A stretch of DNA of 64,000 bases from an uncultured delta proteobacterium (GTDB lineage: Bacteria > Desulfobacterota > Binatia > Binatales > Binataceae). The stretch is taken from positions 576,001 to 640,000 of the forward strand of contig CAWJET010000002.1 of NCBI GenBank assembly GCA_963842085.1, written 5' to 3'. A program made the position numbers and the translations under genes. A model generated the notes under the pieces. That model was not told the DNA's origin, did no database searches, and was given only the letters and a program-made list of their open reading frames with translations. Shown here piece by piece: positions 8,683-18,221 of the stretch (its first letter is position 1; every line of letters starts with the position of its first letter).

Positions 8683-10014
8683 GTGAATTCACCTCTGACT
8701 CTACTGAAAAGCGACTCTCTAAACCGGCGCGAACTGACGTTCAAGGCTCTTGCGGGCTTGGTCGGCGGCGCGATCGGATGGCTGCCCGTCGAGCTGGCCT
8801 CGCACAACTCTCATCTCGGCGAAGTGCAGACGACGGGCGCGCTGGTCGCGTATTACATCTCGGCGGCGATGGCTGCGGGCGCGATCGGGGCGTTCATAAC
8901 GGCGGTGGATACATCCGACGTTCGCGTGACGCCGGAGACCAAGCGCCGCTTCATTCGCGGTTTCGTGATCTGCGCGCTGCTCTCGCTGCTCTCCACTTAC
9001 TTCGGAAATTATGTGTTCAACGCGGTTCTCCAGGCCGGCGGAGTCGGCTTCAGTCCAAATGGCGAGCTGGTTTCGGGGTCGATTATAACGCTCGTGATCG
9101 CAAGGCTCCTGGGATGGGCCATCGACGGAGCGCTGGTGGGCGCCGGCGTGGGACTGGCGACGCTGACGATGGAGAACGTGCCCAAGGGAGCGGTGGGCGG
9201 ACTGGTGGGCGGTGCGGTCGGCGGTATCGGCTTCGATTTGATCGGCTGGATCGTCGGCGGCGGCCTGGCGTCGCGGTTCTTCGGCGAAGCCGTCACCGGC
9301 CTTGCGATCGGGTTGTTCATCGGGCTGGTCCAGGAGCTGACCAAGGCCGCGTGGGTCACCGTCGAGCAGGGCCGGCTGCGCGGACGCCAGTACCGGATCG
9401 AAGGCGCGCGCGCAACGATTGGGCGCGCCGAGGAAAATCCGGTCGGCCTGTTCGGCGATCCGCTGGTGCAACAGCGGCACGCGGTGATCGAACGGCGCGG
9501 CGCCGACTACGTGATTAGAAATCTCGCGATCCAGGACGGCACCTTCGTCAACGGCCAGCGAATCGAGAGCGTTGACCTGCACGACGGCGATCGAATCAAC
9601 ATCGGCGGCTACGAAATGATGTTCCACCTGCGCGGGACGTCGGCGCCGGCGCGGCAACAGGCGTCGCTGGCGGCAGATGCGGTGAATCCCGCGCATGTCG
9701 CCACGCGGCTGGCCGGCCCAAAGGCGAAGGTCGACGGCCCGAGCCTGGTCGATGTGTCGGGGCAGCCCTACCCGGTCGTGGCCGGCGCGGTTACTCGCGT
9801 CGGGCGCGCCCTCGACAATGAAATCGTGGTCAGCCATTCCTCGGTCTCGCGCCATCACGCGAGCATCGAAAATTCCAACGGCGCCTTCGTGGTGCGCGAC
9901 CTCAACAGCCAGAACGGAACGTTCGTCGGCAACCGGCGCGTGACCGAGCCAACGCGCGTGAGCGACGGCGACAGCGTAAGGTTCGGCGACGCGCAGTTTA
10001 CCTTCCGTGGCTGA
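8683..10014 (+). CDS. Multi-pass membrane protein with two C-terminal FHA domains
   Basis: Gly-rich TM region followed by IGRAEEN..RHA..GTFVNG and VGRALDN..VSRHHA..SQNGTFV; GTG 8683 after GAGG. Confidence 0.88.
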   Translation: MNSPLTLLKSDSLNRRELTFKALAGLVGGAIGWLPVELASHNSHLGEVQTTGALVAYYISAAMAAGAIGAFITAVDTSDVRVTPETKRRFIRGFVICALLSLLSTYFGNYVFNAVLQAGGVGFSPNGELVSGSIITLVIARLLGWAIDGALVGAGVGLATLTMENVPKGAVGGLVGGAVGGIGFDLIGWIVGGGLASRFFGEAVTGLAIGLFIGLVQELTKAAWVTVEQGRLRGRQYRIEGARATIGRAEENPVGLFGDPLVQQRHAVIERRGADYVIRNLAIQDGTFVNGQRIESVDLHDGDRINIGGYEMMFHLRGTSAPARQQASLAADAVNPAHVATRLAGPKAKVDGPSLVDVSGQPYPVVAGAVTRVGRALDNEIVVSHSSVSRHHASIENSNGAFVVRDLNSQNGTFVGNRRVTEPTRVSDGDSVRFGDAQFTFRG

Positions 10015-10348
10015 CGCGGAGTTCGAGAAGCCGAGGTTCTGCTCGCGATGCGGGCAGCCGATCATCGTCGCCGAGGCAAGCTTCTGCAAATCGTGCGGCG
10101 CGCCGGTGACTCGTTTCCCGCTGCTGCGTCAAAATCCGGGGTTCAGCCCGGTGCTCGCGCTCGTGTTGAGCATCGTTCCCGGCGTCGGCCACATTTACCG
10201 GGGCAAACCCTTCAAGGGAATTATGTGGTTTTTTTTCGTATCGATAGCGTACGGCATGGGGCCGCCGCTCGGCGTCCTCATTCACATCATATGCGCGGCC
10301 AATGCGGCCTTCTCGGGCGCGCTACGCGAGGACATGCTGGCGAGATAA
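10007..10348 (+). CDS. Zinc-ribbon plus membrane (TM2-like) protein
   Basis: FCSRCG..FCKSCG ribbon, then ALVLSIVPGVGHIY and further TM helices. Confidence 0.8.
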   Translation: MADAEFEKPRFCSRCGQPIIVAEASFCKSCGAPVTRFPLLRQNPGFSPVLALVLSIVPGVGHIYRGKPFKGIMWFFFVSIAYGMGPPLGVLIHIICAANAAFSGALREDMLAR

Positions 10349-10408
10349 GCATAAGACTCCCGCCGGCTGCCAAAAAATCGAAGTGATGGTTAGAATCCTA
10401 TTAAAGCC

Positions 10409-11920
10409 ATGATTGCGGCCAACACCATCGTTGGCGGCCGTTACCGGGTGACGAAGCCGCTGGGCGGGGGCGGGATGAAACTCGTCTACCTGGCCGAAGA
10501 TCTGCGGCTTGCGGCGCGGCCGTGTGCGCTGGCCGAGATGGTCGACAGTTTCACCAGCCCGGATACACAGAGGCAGGCGGTCGCTGCGTTTCAGCGTGAG
10601 GCCGACATGCTCGCGCAACTCAGCAACGAGCATATTCCGCGCGTATTCGATCGCTTCAGCGACCAAAACCGTCACTACCTGGTGATGGAGTTCATCGACG
10701 GGATCACGCTTGAGCAGAAACTCAAAGACAGCGGCGGCAAGCTTGCTGAAGGCGAAGTGATCGAGGTGGCGCTGCAAGTGCTCGACACGCTCGAGTACCT
10801 GCATAACCTGGAACCGCCGGTGATCTATCGCGACCTGAAGCCGTCGAACGTAATGCTGACGCCGTCGGGGCAAGTCAAGCTGATCGATTTCGGAATCGCG
10901 CGCCTGTTCCAGCCGCTCAGCAACGCGACGATGATCGGCACGCAGGGCTACGCGCCGCCCGAGCAATATCGCGGCAAGGTCGAGTTCCGCTCGGACCTGT
11001 ACGCGCTGGGCGCCACGATGCATCATGCGCTGTCGGGACGCGACCCGGCGCTCGAGCCGCCCTTCAGCTTTCCGGCGTTGCACTCGCTATGCCCTGACGT
11101 CACCCCCGCCCTCTGCGAGTTGGTCGATCAGGCGCTCAAATACGACGTGGTCCTGCGCATGGCCGATGCCGCGGAATTCAGGCAGCGGCTGATGGCAATC
11201 AAGTCGGGCGCTCCGGTCACGATGCCACAGCGCAATTCGTCAACGGCGGCGGGGGCACGTCCGCAACTAAAGCTGCCGCTCAGCGGCGTCAAGTCCAAAG
11301 AGCAGAATGCGTCGGCGCCGACGATGCTGAGCAGCCAGATCGACTCGGAATGTCCGCGATGCGGCCGCAGCATTCCGATGGACTCGAATTACTGCTCGTT
11401 CTGCGCGGCGGACGTGACCGGGCGATTGTCGGCGCTCGATCGCGGCGCGACGCCCGAGGGGCAACCGATCGTGCTCGACGACGTTGCTCCGCCGGGCGGA
11501 TATCCGGGTCCGATTTTTCATCCCCGCCATCGTAGGCGGCATCGCGCGCGGATGCTGGCGCTGGTGGTCGGCGGATTTTTTCTCATTGGGTACCTTATGT
11601 TCCATTCGTCGCAACCGCAGCCTTCCGACGGCTACCCGGGACCCGACTACGGCGGCGTCCCATCGGTGCCGAATGGCGGCGCGCCCGAGCCGGGGGAACC
11701 GGTGCATACCGATCCGCGGGAGGTCGCGCTGCGCCACGCGCTCGACGCGCAGGGCTACACCTCGGTGCATTTCAAGATGGAGGGCGACACGATCATTTTG
11801 TGGGGCACGGTGCCGACCGAGGCCGATCGTCTGATGATCCAGACGCAGGTTTTCCTGGTCGCGCGAATTTTCTCGATCGAGGACCATCTCCAGGTGCGCG
11901 ATACGTTCGCCGAGCCATAG
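10409..11920 (+). CDS. Hanks-type Ser/Thr kinase with zinc ribbon, TM helix and BON-like C-terminal domain; atypical catalytic Lys position
   Basis: YRDLKPSN, DFG, GTQGYAPPEQ, SDLYALG; CPRCG..YCSFC; TM; C-terminal IILWGTV..IEDHLQV. Confidence 0.92.
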   Translation: MIAANTIVGGRYRVTKPLGGGGMKLVYLAEDLRLAARPCALAEMVDSFTSPDTQRQAVAAFQREADMLAQLSNEHIPRVFDRFSDQNRHYLVMEFIDGITLEQKLKDSGGKLAEGEVIEVALQVLDTLEYLHNLEPPVIYRDLKPSNVMLTPSGQVKLIDFGIARLFQPLSNATMIGTQGYAPPEQYRGKVEFRSDLYALGATMHHALSGRDPALEPPFSFPALHSLCPDVTPALCELVDQALKYDVVLRMADAAEFRQRLMAIKSGAPVTMPQRNSSTAAGARPQLKLPLSGVKSKEQNASAPTMLSSQIDSECPRCGRSIPMDSNYCSFCAADVTGRLSALDRGATPEGQPIVLDDVAPPGGYPGPIFHPRHRRRHRARMLALVVGGFFLIGYLMFHSSQPQPSDGYPGPDYGGVPSVPNGGAPEPGEPVHTDPREVALRHALDAQGYTSVHFKMEGDTIILWGTVPTEADRLMIQTQVFLVARIFSIEDHLQVRDTFAEP

Positions 11921-11930
11921 CATCCACTTC

Positions 11931-12587
11931 ATGATCGTCGACCTGCACGTCCACACGCGGCTTTCGTCCGACTCCAACGTCGCGCCGGAACAGTATCTCG
12001 AATTCGCGAAAAGCTCGGGCCGCGGACTCGGCGCGATCTGCTTCACCGAGCATCGCCTGTTCCCCGCTGACGCCGAAGTCGACCGGCTCTACGCGGAACT
12101 CGCGGAGCGATTTCAGATTGCGATTTTCAAGGGAATCGAGGCCGACACCGACCTCGGTCACCTGCTGCTTCTCGGCGTCACCAGCGAAGTGACGCGGCGA
12201 TTCGATCTGACGGCGCGGATGCTCAAGAGTGACAGCCTGATCGAGGTGATTCATCATGAAGGCGGCGTCGCGATACCCGCGCATCCGTTTCGCGACTCCG
12301 GCTATGGCTCGCGGCTGGACGCACTGCTCAGCCGTCATGGTGCGGCGATTGGCGCGGTCGAAGTGCTTAACGGCCAGAACTCGAGCGAGGAGAACCGGCG
12401 CGCGGAGGATGCGGCGCTCAAGCTCGGGCTGACGGCGGTCGGCGGCAGCGATGCTCATTTCGCGACTGCGAAATGGTTCATGACGGTCGCGACGGAGTTC
12501 GAACGCGAGGTAAACACGGTCGAGCAGATGTGCGCGGAAATCCGCGCCGGACGCGCGCGTCCCTATGTCTTTACGGGTTCGGACTGA
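11931..12587 (+). CDS. PHP-domain metallophosphoesterase
   Basis: DLHVHT, TEH, GIE, AHP, GGSDAH. Confidence 0.9.
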   Translation: MIVDLHVHTRLSSDSNVAPEQYLEFAKSSGRGLGAICFTEHRLFPADAEVDRLYAELAERFQIAIFKGIEADTDLGHLLLLGVTSEVTRRFDLTARMLKSDSLIEVIHHEGGVAIPAHPFRDSGYGSRLDALLSRHGAAIGAVEVLNGQNSSEENRRAEDAALKLGLTAVGGSDAHFATAKWFMTVATEFEREVNTVEQMCAEIRAGRARPYVFTGSD

Positions 12588-14629
12588 GCTGCGGCGCGCG
12601 CGGCGCCGGCTGGTTCCCCGTTTTCCAGCTCGTGCGCGAATTGCCGGATGTCTTGCGGACGCCCCGCGGTGATCAACTCGTCGCCTTCTTTCAGCGGGCG
12701 ATCGGGCGTCATGGGCGCGAAGCCGCCATCCGGCTTGTTCGCCTCCTGAACGGCAAGCACGGTGACGCTGAATCGCGCGCGCGGATCGAGTTGACGCACC
12801 GTTCTTCCCGCCGCGTTGGCGGGGACGGTCACCCGCGTCACGCGATAACCGGTCGCCCAGTAGATATTCGGATCGCGCGTCGCGAGGGTCGAGAGCGAGA
12901 CCGATACACGGTTCAGCGCTTGCGCAATCTGCCGGCTGGTGACGAGCCCGAGGAACCCTTGCGTGGCGCGGTCGACGACCGGAATCTCGTCGAGGCCGTC
13001 GTGCTCCATCAACTGGCTGGCCTCATCGAGATTCGCATCGAGCGGCACGGTCGGACCATGCGCATTGCAGATGTCGAATGCGTTGACCAGCGGACCGAGT
13101 TCCTGGCCGGCGCTGATTACGGACAACAAATCCCGCACTACGATTGTCCCGGCGAGTTCGCCCTCGCTGCTGACCACCGGCAGGGTGGATTGCTCAGTCT
13201 CGCCCGCGGTGCGCAGCACCTCGGACAGCGAGGTGTTCTCGCTCACCATGGTGACGTTTTTGGTGACCACCGCGCTGACCGGTATGAGCGCGAGCGCCAG
13301 GCGCTCGCGGCCGATTTGCAGCGTCTTGCCCTCGCGCGCCAGGCGGAACTCGTCGATCGATTCGGTTTCGATCGCGCGTGCCACGACCACCGCCGTGATC
13401 GTCGCGATCATCGACGGCAGCGCAATCGTGTCGCTATGCGTCATTTCCCAGAGCAGGAACAACGCGGTCAGCGGTGCGTGCGTGGTGCCGGCCAGAAACG
13501 CACCGAGCCCGATGAGCGCGTACGATCCGCGCGGGCCAGTCAGGTGTGGAATCAGCATCGAGGACACGCGCTGGAACAATCCGCCCGCCATCGTGCCGAT
13601 GAAAAAAGTCGGGCCAAAGGAACCTCCCGGCGCACCGCATCCGAGCGACACGCTGCTGGCGAAAAGCTTCGCGCAGGTCAGCGCCGCCAGCATTCCGATG
13701 CCGAACTCGCCCGCCATCGCGCGGTTGATCACCGGATAGCCGTCGGAGAGATTTTGCGGCAGCCAGATTGCGATCACGCCGACCGCCGCCAATCCCATCC
13801 CGAGCTTGGCCCAAACCGGGAGATTGAGCCGGCGAAACCACACCTCGGTCGCGTTGAAGAACCGGATGTAACCCGCGGCAAGGGCGCCGAGCGCCGCGCC
13901 CATGAGCGCATACGTCGCCATCTCCCAGTAGCTGCGCAGCAGGAATTCAGGCGCGGCGAAGACCACCGCGTTGCCCAGGATCGCGCGCGAGGTAATCACC
14001 GCCGTAAAGGTGGCGATGATCAGCAACGTGAGGTTGGCGATTTCGGTGTGGCCGAGCAGGACGATTTCCTGCGCGAACATCAGACCGCCGATCGGCGCGT
14101 TGAAAGTCGTCGCGATACCCGCGCCCGCTCCTGCTGCGACCAGCACCTTGGCGCGATCGGGCGACAATTTTCTGAGCTGCGCGATAGTCGAGCCGATGGC
14201 GCCTCCAATTTGCGCGATCGGACCTTCGCGGCCGACCGACGCGCCTGCCCCCAGCGAAAGTGCGGCGCCCGCACCCTTGACGAAGATCCAGCGCCGCTTC
14301 ACTCTCGCGGTGCCGAGGTTGACCATCTCCAGAAAATTCGGAAAGCCATACCCGAGCACGTCTCCGGGAAAGATCCGGTCGAGCAGCAGAATCGCGACGC
14401 CGCCGCTCAGCAGGATCACTGGAATGAGGGCGCGATGGAGGCCGCCGAGCTCGATTCGGAGCGCGTTCCATTCGAGCCCGCGAAACAGCCACGAGAAAAA
14501 ATCGATCAGTTGGCGAAAGCCGAGGTTCCCGAGCGCGGCGAGCACGCCCACGGTCACGGCCAGCAGAATCAGCTGTACGTATTCGAACTGGTCAACGCGC
14601 AGCGCAAAAGAAGGTCGTCGCATCAGCAA
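12563..14629 (-). CDS. ClC-family chloride channel/transporter with a CBS pair and a TrkA-C domain
   Basis: GREGP, AAGAGAGIATTFNAPIGG, GGSFGP, HAPLTA; CBS repeats; C-terminal RCK-C. Confidence 0.92.
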   Translation of the reverse strand: MLMRRPSFALRVDQFEYVQLILLAVTVGVLAALGNLGFRQLIDFFSWLFRGLEWNALRIELGGLHRALIPVILLSGGVAILLLDRIFPGDVLGYGFPNFLEMVNLGTARVKRRWIFVKGAGAALSLGAGASVGREGPIAQIGGAIGSTIAQLRKLSPDRAKVLVAAGAGAGIATTFNAPIGGLMFAQEIVLLGHTEIANLTLLIIATFTAVITSRAILGNAVVFAAPEFLLRSYWEMATYALMGAALGALAAGYIRFFNATEVWFRRLNLPVWAKLGMGLAAVGVIAIWLPQNLSDGYPVINRAMAGEFGIGMLAALTCAKLFASSVSLGCGAPGGSFGPTFFIGTMAGGLFQRVSSMLIPHLTGPRGSYALIGLGAFLAGTTHAPLTALFLLWEMTHSDTIALPSMIATITAVVVARAIETESIDEFRLAREGKTLQIGRERLALALIPVSAVVTKNVTMVSENTSLSEVLRTAGETEQSTLPVVSSEGELAGTIVVRDLLSVISAGQELGPLVNAFDICNAHGPTVPLDANLDEASQLMEHDGLDEIPVVDRATQGFLGLVTSRQIAQALNRVSVSLSTLATRDPNIYWATGYRVTRVTVPANAAGRTVRQLDPRARFSVTVLAVQEANKPDGGFAPMTPDRPLKEGDELITAGRPQDIRQFAHELENGEPAGAARAAAQSEPVKT

Positions 14630-14661
14630 ACCCGTCCAGTGAGCGCGCTATCTGCCACCAC

Positions 14662-15534
14662 TTATACGCCAAGGAAGCGGTGCGCGACCGCCAGGAATTG
14701 GTCGAGCCGGTCGTGATGCACCCAATGGCCGGCTTTGTCGATCGTCACTGATTCTGCGTGCTTGAACGCCTGGATGCGCCCGTCTTTGACCCAGTCGCCC
14801 GCCCACGATTCGGTGCCGCGAATCAGCAAGGTCGGACACGTGATGCGGCCCCAGATTTCGCGCGCGTCGCGGTTGTTGAACATGTACGGGGAGGTGGCGT
14901 GAACGTAGTTGTCGAACTTCCAGGAGTAAGTGCCATTCTCGTTGCGGCGAATCCCCCAAATCGTGAGATGGCGCGCCTGCTCGCGGCTCAGGTGCGAATT
15001 GGCCTCGATCATGCGCGCGAGCGCCTCCTCGATCGACGGATACTCGCGCACCTTGCGCCGCGCCAGCGTTTGCATCTGGCCGATCCAGTTGTTCATGCGC
15101 TCGTGGGCGGGCGTGTCCTTGATCATCCCGGGCGGCGGACCCATTCCCTCGATCGAAACAACGCGCTTGACCGCGTCCGGATGCGTGCCGGTGTATTGCA
15201 AAACGATGCCGCCGCCGAGCGAGTGGCCGATGAGTGTCACCGGTTCGTTGCATACCGCGCTCATGAGCTGCGCGAGGTCGAGCACGTAATCGATCATCGA
15301 ATAACCGCTGCCGACGGCCCAGTCGGAGTCGCCGTGGCCACGGAGGTCGGGCGCGATGACGTGATAGTGCTCGCGCAGATCCAGCGCGACCCAATCCCAG
15401 TTGCGGCAATGGTCGCGGCCGCCATGCACCAGCACGAGCAGCGGCTTGTCGGGATTGCCCCAGTCGACGTAGTGCAGTTTCAGGCGTTGCGAATAAAAGT
15501 AGTGCGAAGTCGGCCCGATGATGCTATCGGCCAT
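14662..15534 (-). CDS. Alpha/beta fold hydrolase
   Basis: LVHGG, DLRGHGDS, GHSLGG nucleophile elbow, AGHWVH. Confidence 0.9.
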   Translation of the reverse strand: MADSIIGPTSHYFYSQRLKLHYVDWGNPDKPLLVLVHGGRDHCRNWDWVALDLREHYHVIAPDLRGHGDSDWAVGSGYSMIDYVLDLAQLMSAVCNEPVTLIGHSLGGGIVLQYTGTHPDAVKRVVSIEGMGPPPGMIKDTPAHERMNNWIGQMQTLARRKVREYPSIEEALARMIEANSHLSREQARHLTIWGIRRNENGTYSWKFDNYVHATSPYMFNNRDAREIWGRITCPTLLIRGTESWAGDWVKDGRIQAFKHAESVTIDKAGHWVHHDRLDQFLAVAHRFLGV

Positions 15535-15571
15535 GTGCCGGTCTCTCCACGATCTTAGACTGCGTCAAACG

Positions 15572-16894
15572 CTACAGGTTAGGCTGGATCTCGTCGAGAG
15601 CCTCGCGCGCCGTGCGAGTGATGAACTCGATTTCGGCGTCACCGATGATGAACGGCGGCGTAATCATCATCGCGTCGCCGCCCGCCTTGCCCGCCATCCC
15701 GGTCGCCGGATAAAAGAACATCCCTTTTCGCACCGCCGCGCCAAGCACTCGATTGGTCACCTTCTTATCAGGAGAGTACGGCATGCGGGTCGCCTTGTCC
15801 TGCACCAGTTCGATCCCCCAGAACATCCCGGTACCGCGAATGTCGCCAACCATCGGATGCCCCGACAGCTCTTCCTTCAAGCTCGAGCCGAGCCGCGCAC
15901 CGACTTCGGCCGAGCGTTCCACCAGCCGCTCGCGATCCATGATCGCCAGCACCTCGTCGGCAACCGCGCAGGCGACGGGATGCGAGCTGTAGGTGTAGAA
16001 CATGAAGTCGGCCTTGGCGCGCTCGAGTTCCTCGACGAGCGATTCCTTGACCGCGATCATGCCCATCGGCATGTACCCGCCGGTGAGTCCTTTGCCGCCG
16101 ACCAGGATGTCGGGCACGACGCCCCAATGATCGACACCGAAGCGCCGTCCGGTGCGGCCGAAGCCGGTCATCACTTCGTCGGCTATCAGCAGCACGCCGT
16201 AGCGCGTGCAGATCTCGCGAATTTTCGGCCAGTATTCCCTGACCGGAGGGACCACCCCACCGCTCGAGCCCATCATCGGCTCCGCGATAAACGCGGCGAT
16301 CGAGTCGGCGCCATGCTTGAGGATCTCTTTCTCGAGCGCGGCCGCGCAGTCGAGCTCGCATGATGGATAGGTTTTGCCCCACGGGCATCGGTAACAGTAG
16401 GTGGGGTCGATCTTCGGCCAGTCCAGCAGAATGTGTTCGTAGTCGGCACGCCGCCCACTCCCACCCGCCGACAACGCCGCGATAGTGTTGCCGTGATAAG
16501 AGAAGCGGCGCCCGATGATCTTGCTCTTCGATTGTTTGCCGCGCGTTTTGTTGTACAGAATCGCGAACTTCAGCGCCGCCTCAACCGACTCCGATCCTCC
16601 GCTGGTGAAAAAGAACCGCGTCAGTCCCGGCGGAGTCCACTGTGACAGACGCTCGACCAGCCGCTCGCGCTCAGGCGTAGTCCAGACCGGCACGATATAA
16701 TCGAGGTTCGCGATCGTGCGCGCGGCCACCTCCGCGATTTCCCGGCGCCCCTGGCCGATGTTCACCACGACGGCGCCGGCGCCCGCGTCGAGGATCTTGC
16801 GGCCGTCGGAGGCGTAAAGCCAGGGGCCTTCGGCGCGCTCGATACGCAGCGGATCGTGCGGGCCGCGCATAAACATCGGAGGTGGCTGTGGCAT
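15572..16894 (-). CDS. Class III PLP-dependent aminotransferase
   Basis: SGGSESVE, SYHG, IADEVMTGFGRTG, GKGLTGGY. Confidence 0.92.
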   Translation of the reverse strand: MPQPPPMFMRGPHDPLRIERAEGPWLYASDGRKILDAGAGAVVVNIGQGRREIAEVAARTIANLDYIVPVWTTPERERLVERLSQWTPPGLTRFFFTSGGSESVEAALKFAILYNKTRGKQSKSKIIGRRFSYHGNTIAALSAGGSGRRADYEHILLDWPKIDPTYCYRCPWGKTYPSCELDCAAALEKEILKHGADSIAAFIAEPMMGSSGGVVPPVREYWPKIREICTRYGVLLIADEVMTGFGRTGRRFGVDHWGVVPDILVGGKGLTGGYMPMGMIAVKESLVEELERAKADFMFYTYSSHPVACAVADEVLAIMDRERLVERSAEVGARLGSSLKEELSGHPMVGDIRGTGMFWGIELVQDKATRMPYSPDKKVTNRVLGAAVRKGMFFYPATGMAGKAGGDAMMITPPFIIGDAEIEFITRTAREALDEIQPNL

Positions 16895-16965
16895 AGCCGA
16901 ATCTTAACCGTGATTCGATGCCGCGGGCAACGCGACGAAAAATCATGCTGCTGCCGGATGATGCG

Positions 16966-18168
16966 TTACTTGATCGCGCCTGCTTCGCGCCAGCGGTCAA
17001 GCTCGTCCTTGCCGTAGCCAAGCTCGCCGAGGATTTGGTCGGTATGCTGGCCGAGTTGCGGCGCGAGTGACCTTATCGATCCGGGCGTATCCGAGAACTT
17101 CGCCGACATGCCCACCTGCTTGACCTGCTTGCCGCCGGGAGCTTCGACCTCGACGATCATGTTGCGCGCGAGCACTTGCGGATCGTTCGGCACTTCGTCG
17201 AGCGTGAGCATCCGGCCGGCGCAGATGTCGCTCTTGCTCAAAATCTCGAACCATTCATCGCGCGTTTTGGTTTTGAACGTCTCGGTGAACGCGCGTGCGA
17301 TCTCCGCGCGTTTGCTAGAGTCATACTCGTGCGGAATAAAATCCGCGCGGCCCAGCGCACGGCAAAGGTTGGCGAAGAACCAGGGCTCGATCGCCGCGAT
17401 CGTAATGTATTTGTCGTCCTTCGTAAGATAGACGTTGTAGTTTGGGATGCCGCCGTCGTTTATCGTCTCGCCGCGCCGCGGCACTTTGTGGTTCGCGAAA
17501 AATGTCGAGAACGCCTGCGCCAGCAGCGCCAGGCTGCCGTCCATCATCGAGATGTCTACATACTGTCCCCGCCCGGTCTGGTTGCGCGCGACCAATGCGG
17601 CGAGCACTCCGATCGCGCCATGCATCCCGCCGCCGGCGTAGTCCGCGACCACATTGTGCGGAATTGTCGGCGGCTGGCCGGGACGCCCGAACAGCGACAG
17701 CACGCCGGCCGTCGCGATGTAGTTGATGTCGTGGCCGACGAGATCGCGGTACGGCCCGGTCTGTCCGTAGCCGGTGATGGCGCAATAGATTAGCCGCGGA
17801 TTGCGCGAAGCGAGTTTCTCGTAATCGATCCCGAGCCGCTTGGCGACGCCCGGCCGGTATTCCTCGACGATCACGTCGGCGCGCTGCGCGAGGCGACAGT
17901 AGATCTCCTTGCCGGCGCCGCTCTTGAGATTGATCCCAATCGACTTCTTGTTGCGCGCGAGCGCGTTGTACGGCGAGCTGCTGAAGCTATTTCCCGCAGC
18001 GCGCGTGCCGGCGGCGCCCGCCTGCTGTGCGCGTCTTCCGGTGGGAGGTCCCGGCTCTTCGATCCTGATCACGTCCGCGCCAAGGTCCGCCAGGATCATC
18101 GTGCAAAACGGTCCCGGTGCGAGCTTGGTCAGGTCAAGTACTTTGATTCCGTCGAGTGGTCCAGGCAT
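16966..18168 (-). CDS. CaiB/BaiF family III CoA-transferase (AMACR-like)
   Basis: PLDGIKVLDL, PGPFCTMILADLGADVI, RNKKSI, GHDINY, ADYAGG. Confidence 0.92.
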   Translation of the reverse strand: MPGPLDGIKVLDLTKLAPGPFCTMILADLGADVIRIEEPGPPTGRRAQQAGAAGTRAAGNSFSSSPYNALARNKKSIGINLKSGAGKEIYCRLAQRADVIVEEYRPGVAKRLGIDYEKLASRNPRLIYCAITGYGQTGPYRDLVGHDINYIATAGVLSLFGRPGQPPTIPHNVVADYAGGGMHGAIGVLAALVARNQTGRGQYVDISMMDGSLALLAQAFSTFFANHKVPRRGETINDGGIPNYNVYLTKDDKYITIAAIEPWFFANLCRALGRADFIPHEYDSSKRAEIARAFTETFKTKTRDEWFEILSKSDICAGRMLTLDEVPNDPQVLARNMIVEVEAPGGKQVKQVGMSAKFSDTPGSIRSLAPQLGQHTDQILGELGYGKDELDRWREAGAIK

Positions 18169-18221
18169 CGTCGGTCCCCCGGAAGAACTGTTGAATGAGT
18201 AAGCGAGCGATTCGGGCGAGG

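Noticed and set aside
10409-11200. Kinase as a dead pseudokinase because the VAIK Lys is missing
   Set aside because: A compensating Gly-loop Lys and intact RD, DFG and alphaC Glu favour a WNK-like active site; reported as a finding
12473-14716. 747-aa plus-strand ORF, and similar long ORFs such as 4814-6310, 34024-35535, 40740-42320 and 59307-60824
   Set aside because: Antisense shadows of well-supported genes; Arg/Ala-rich with no motifs, expected in high-GC DNA
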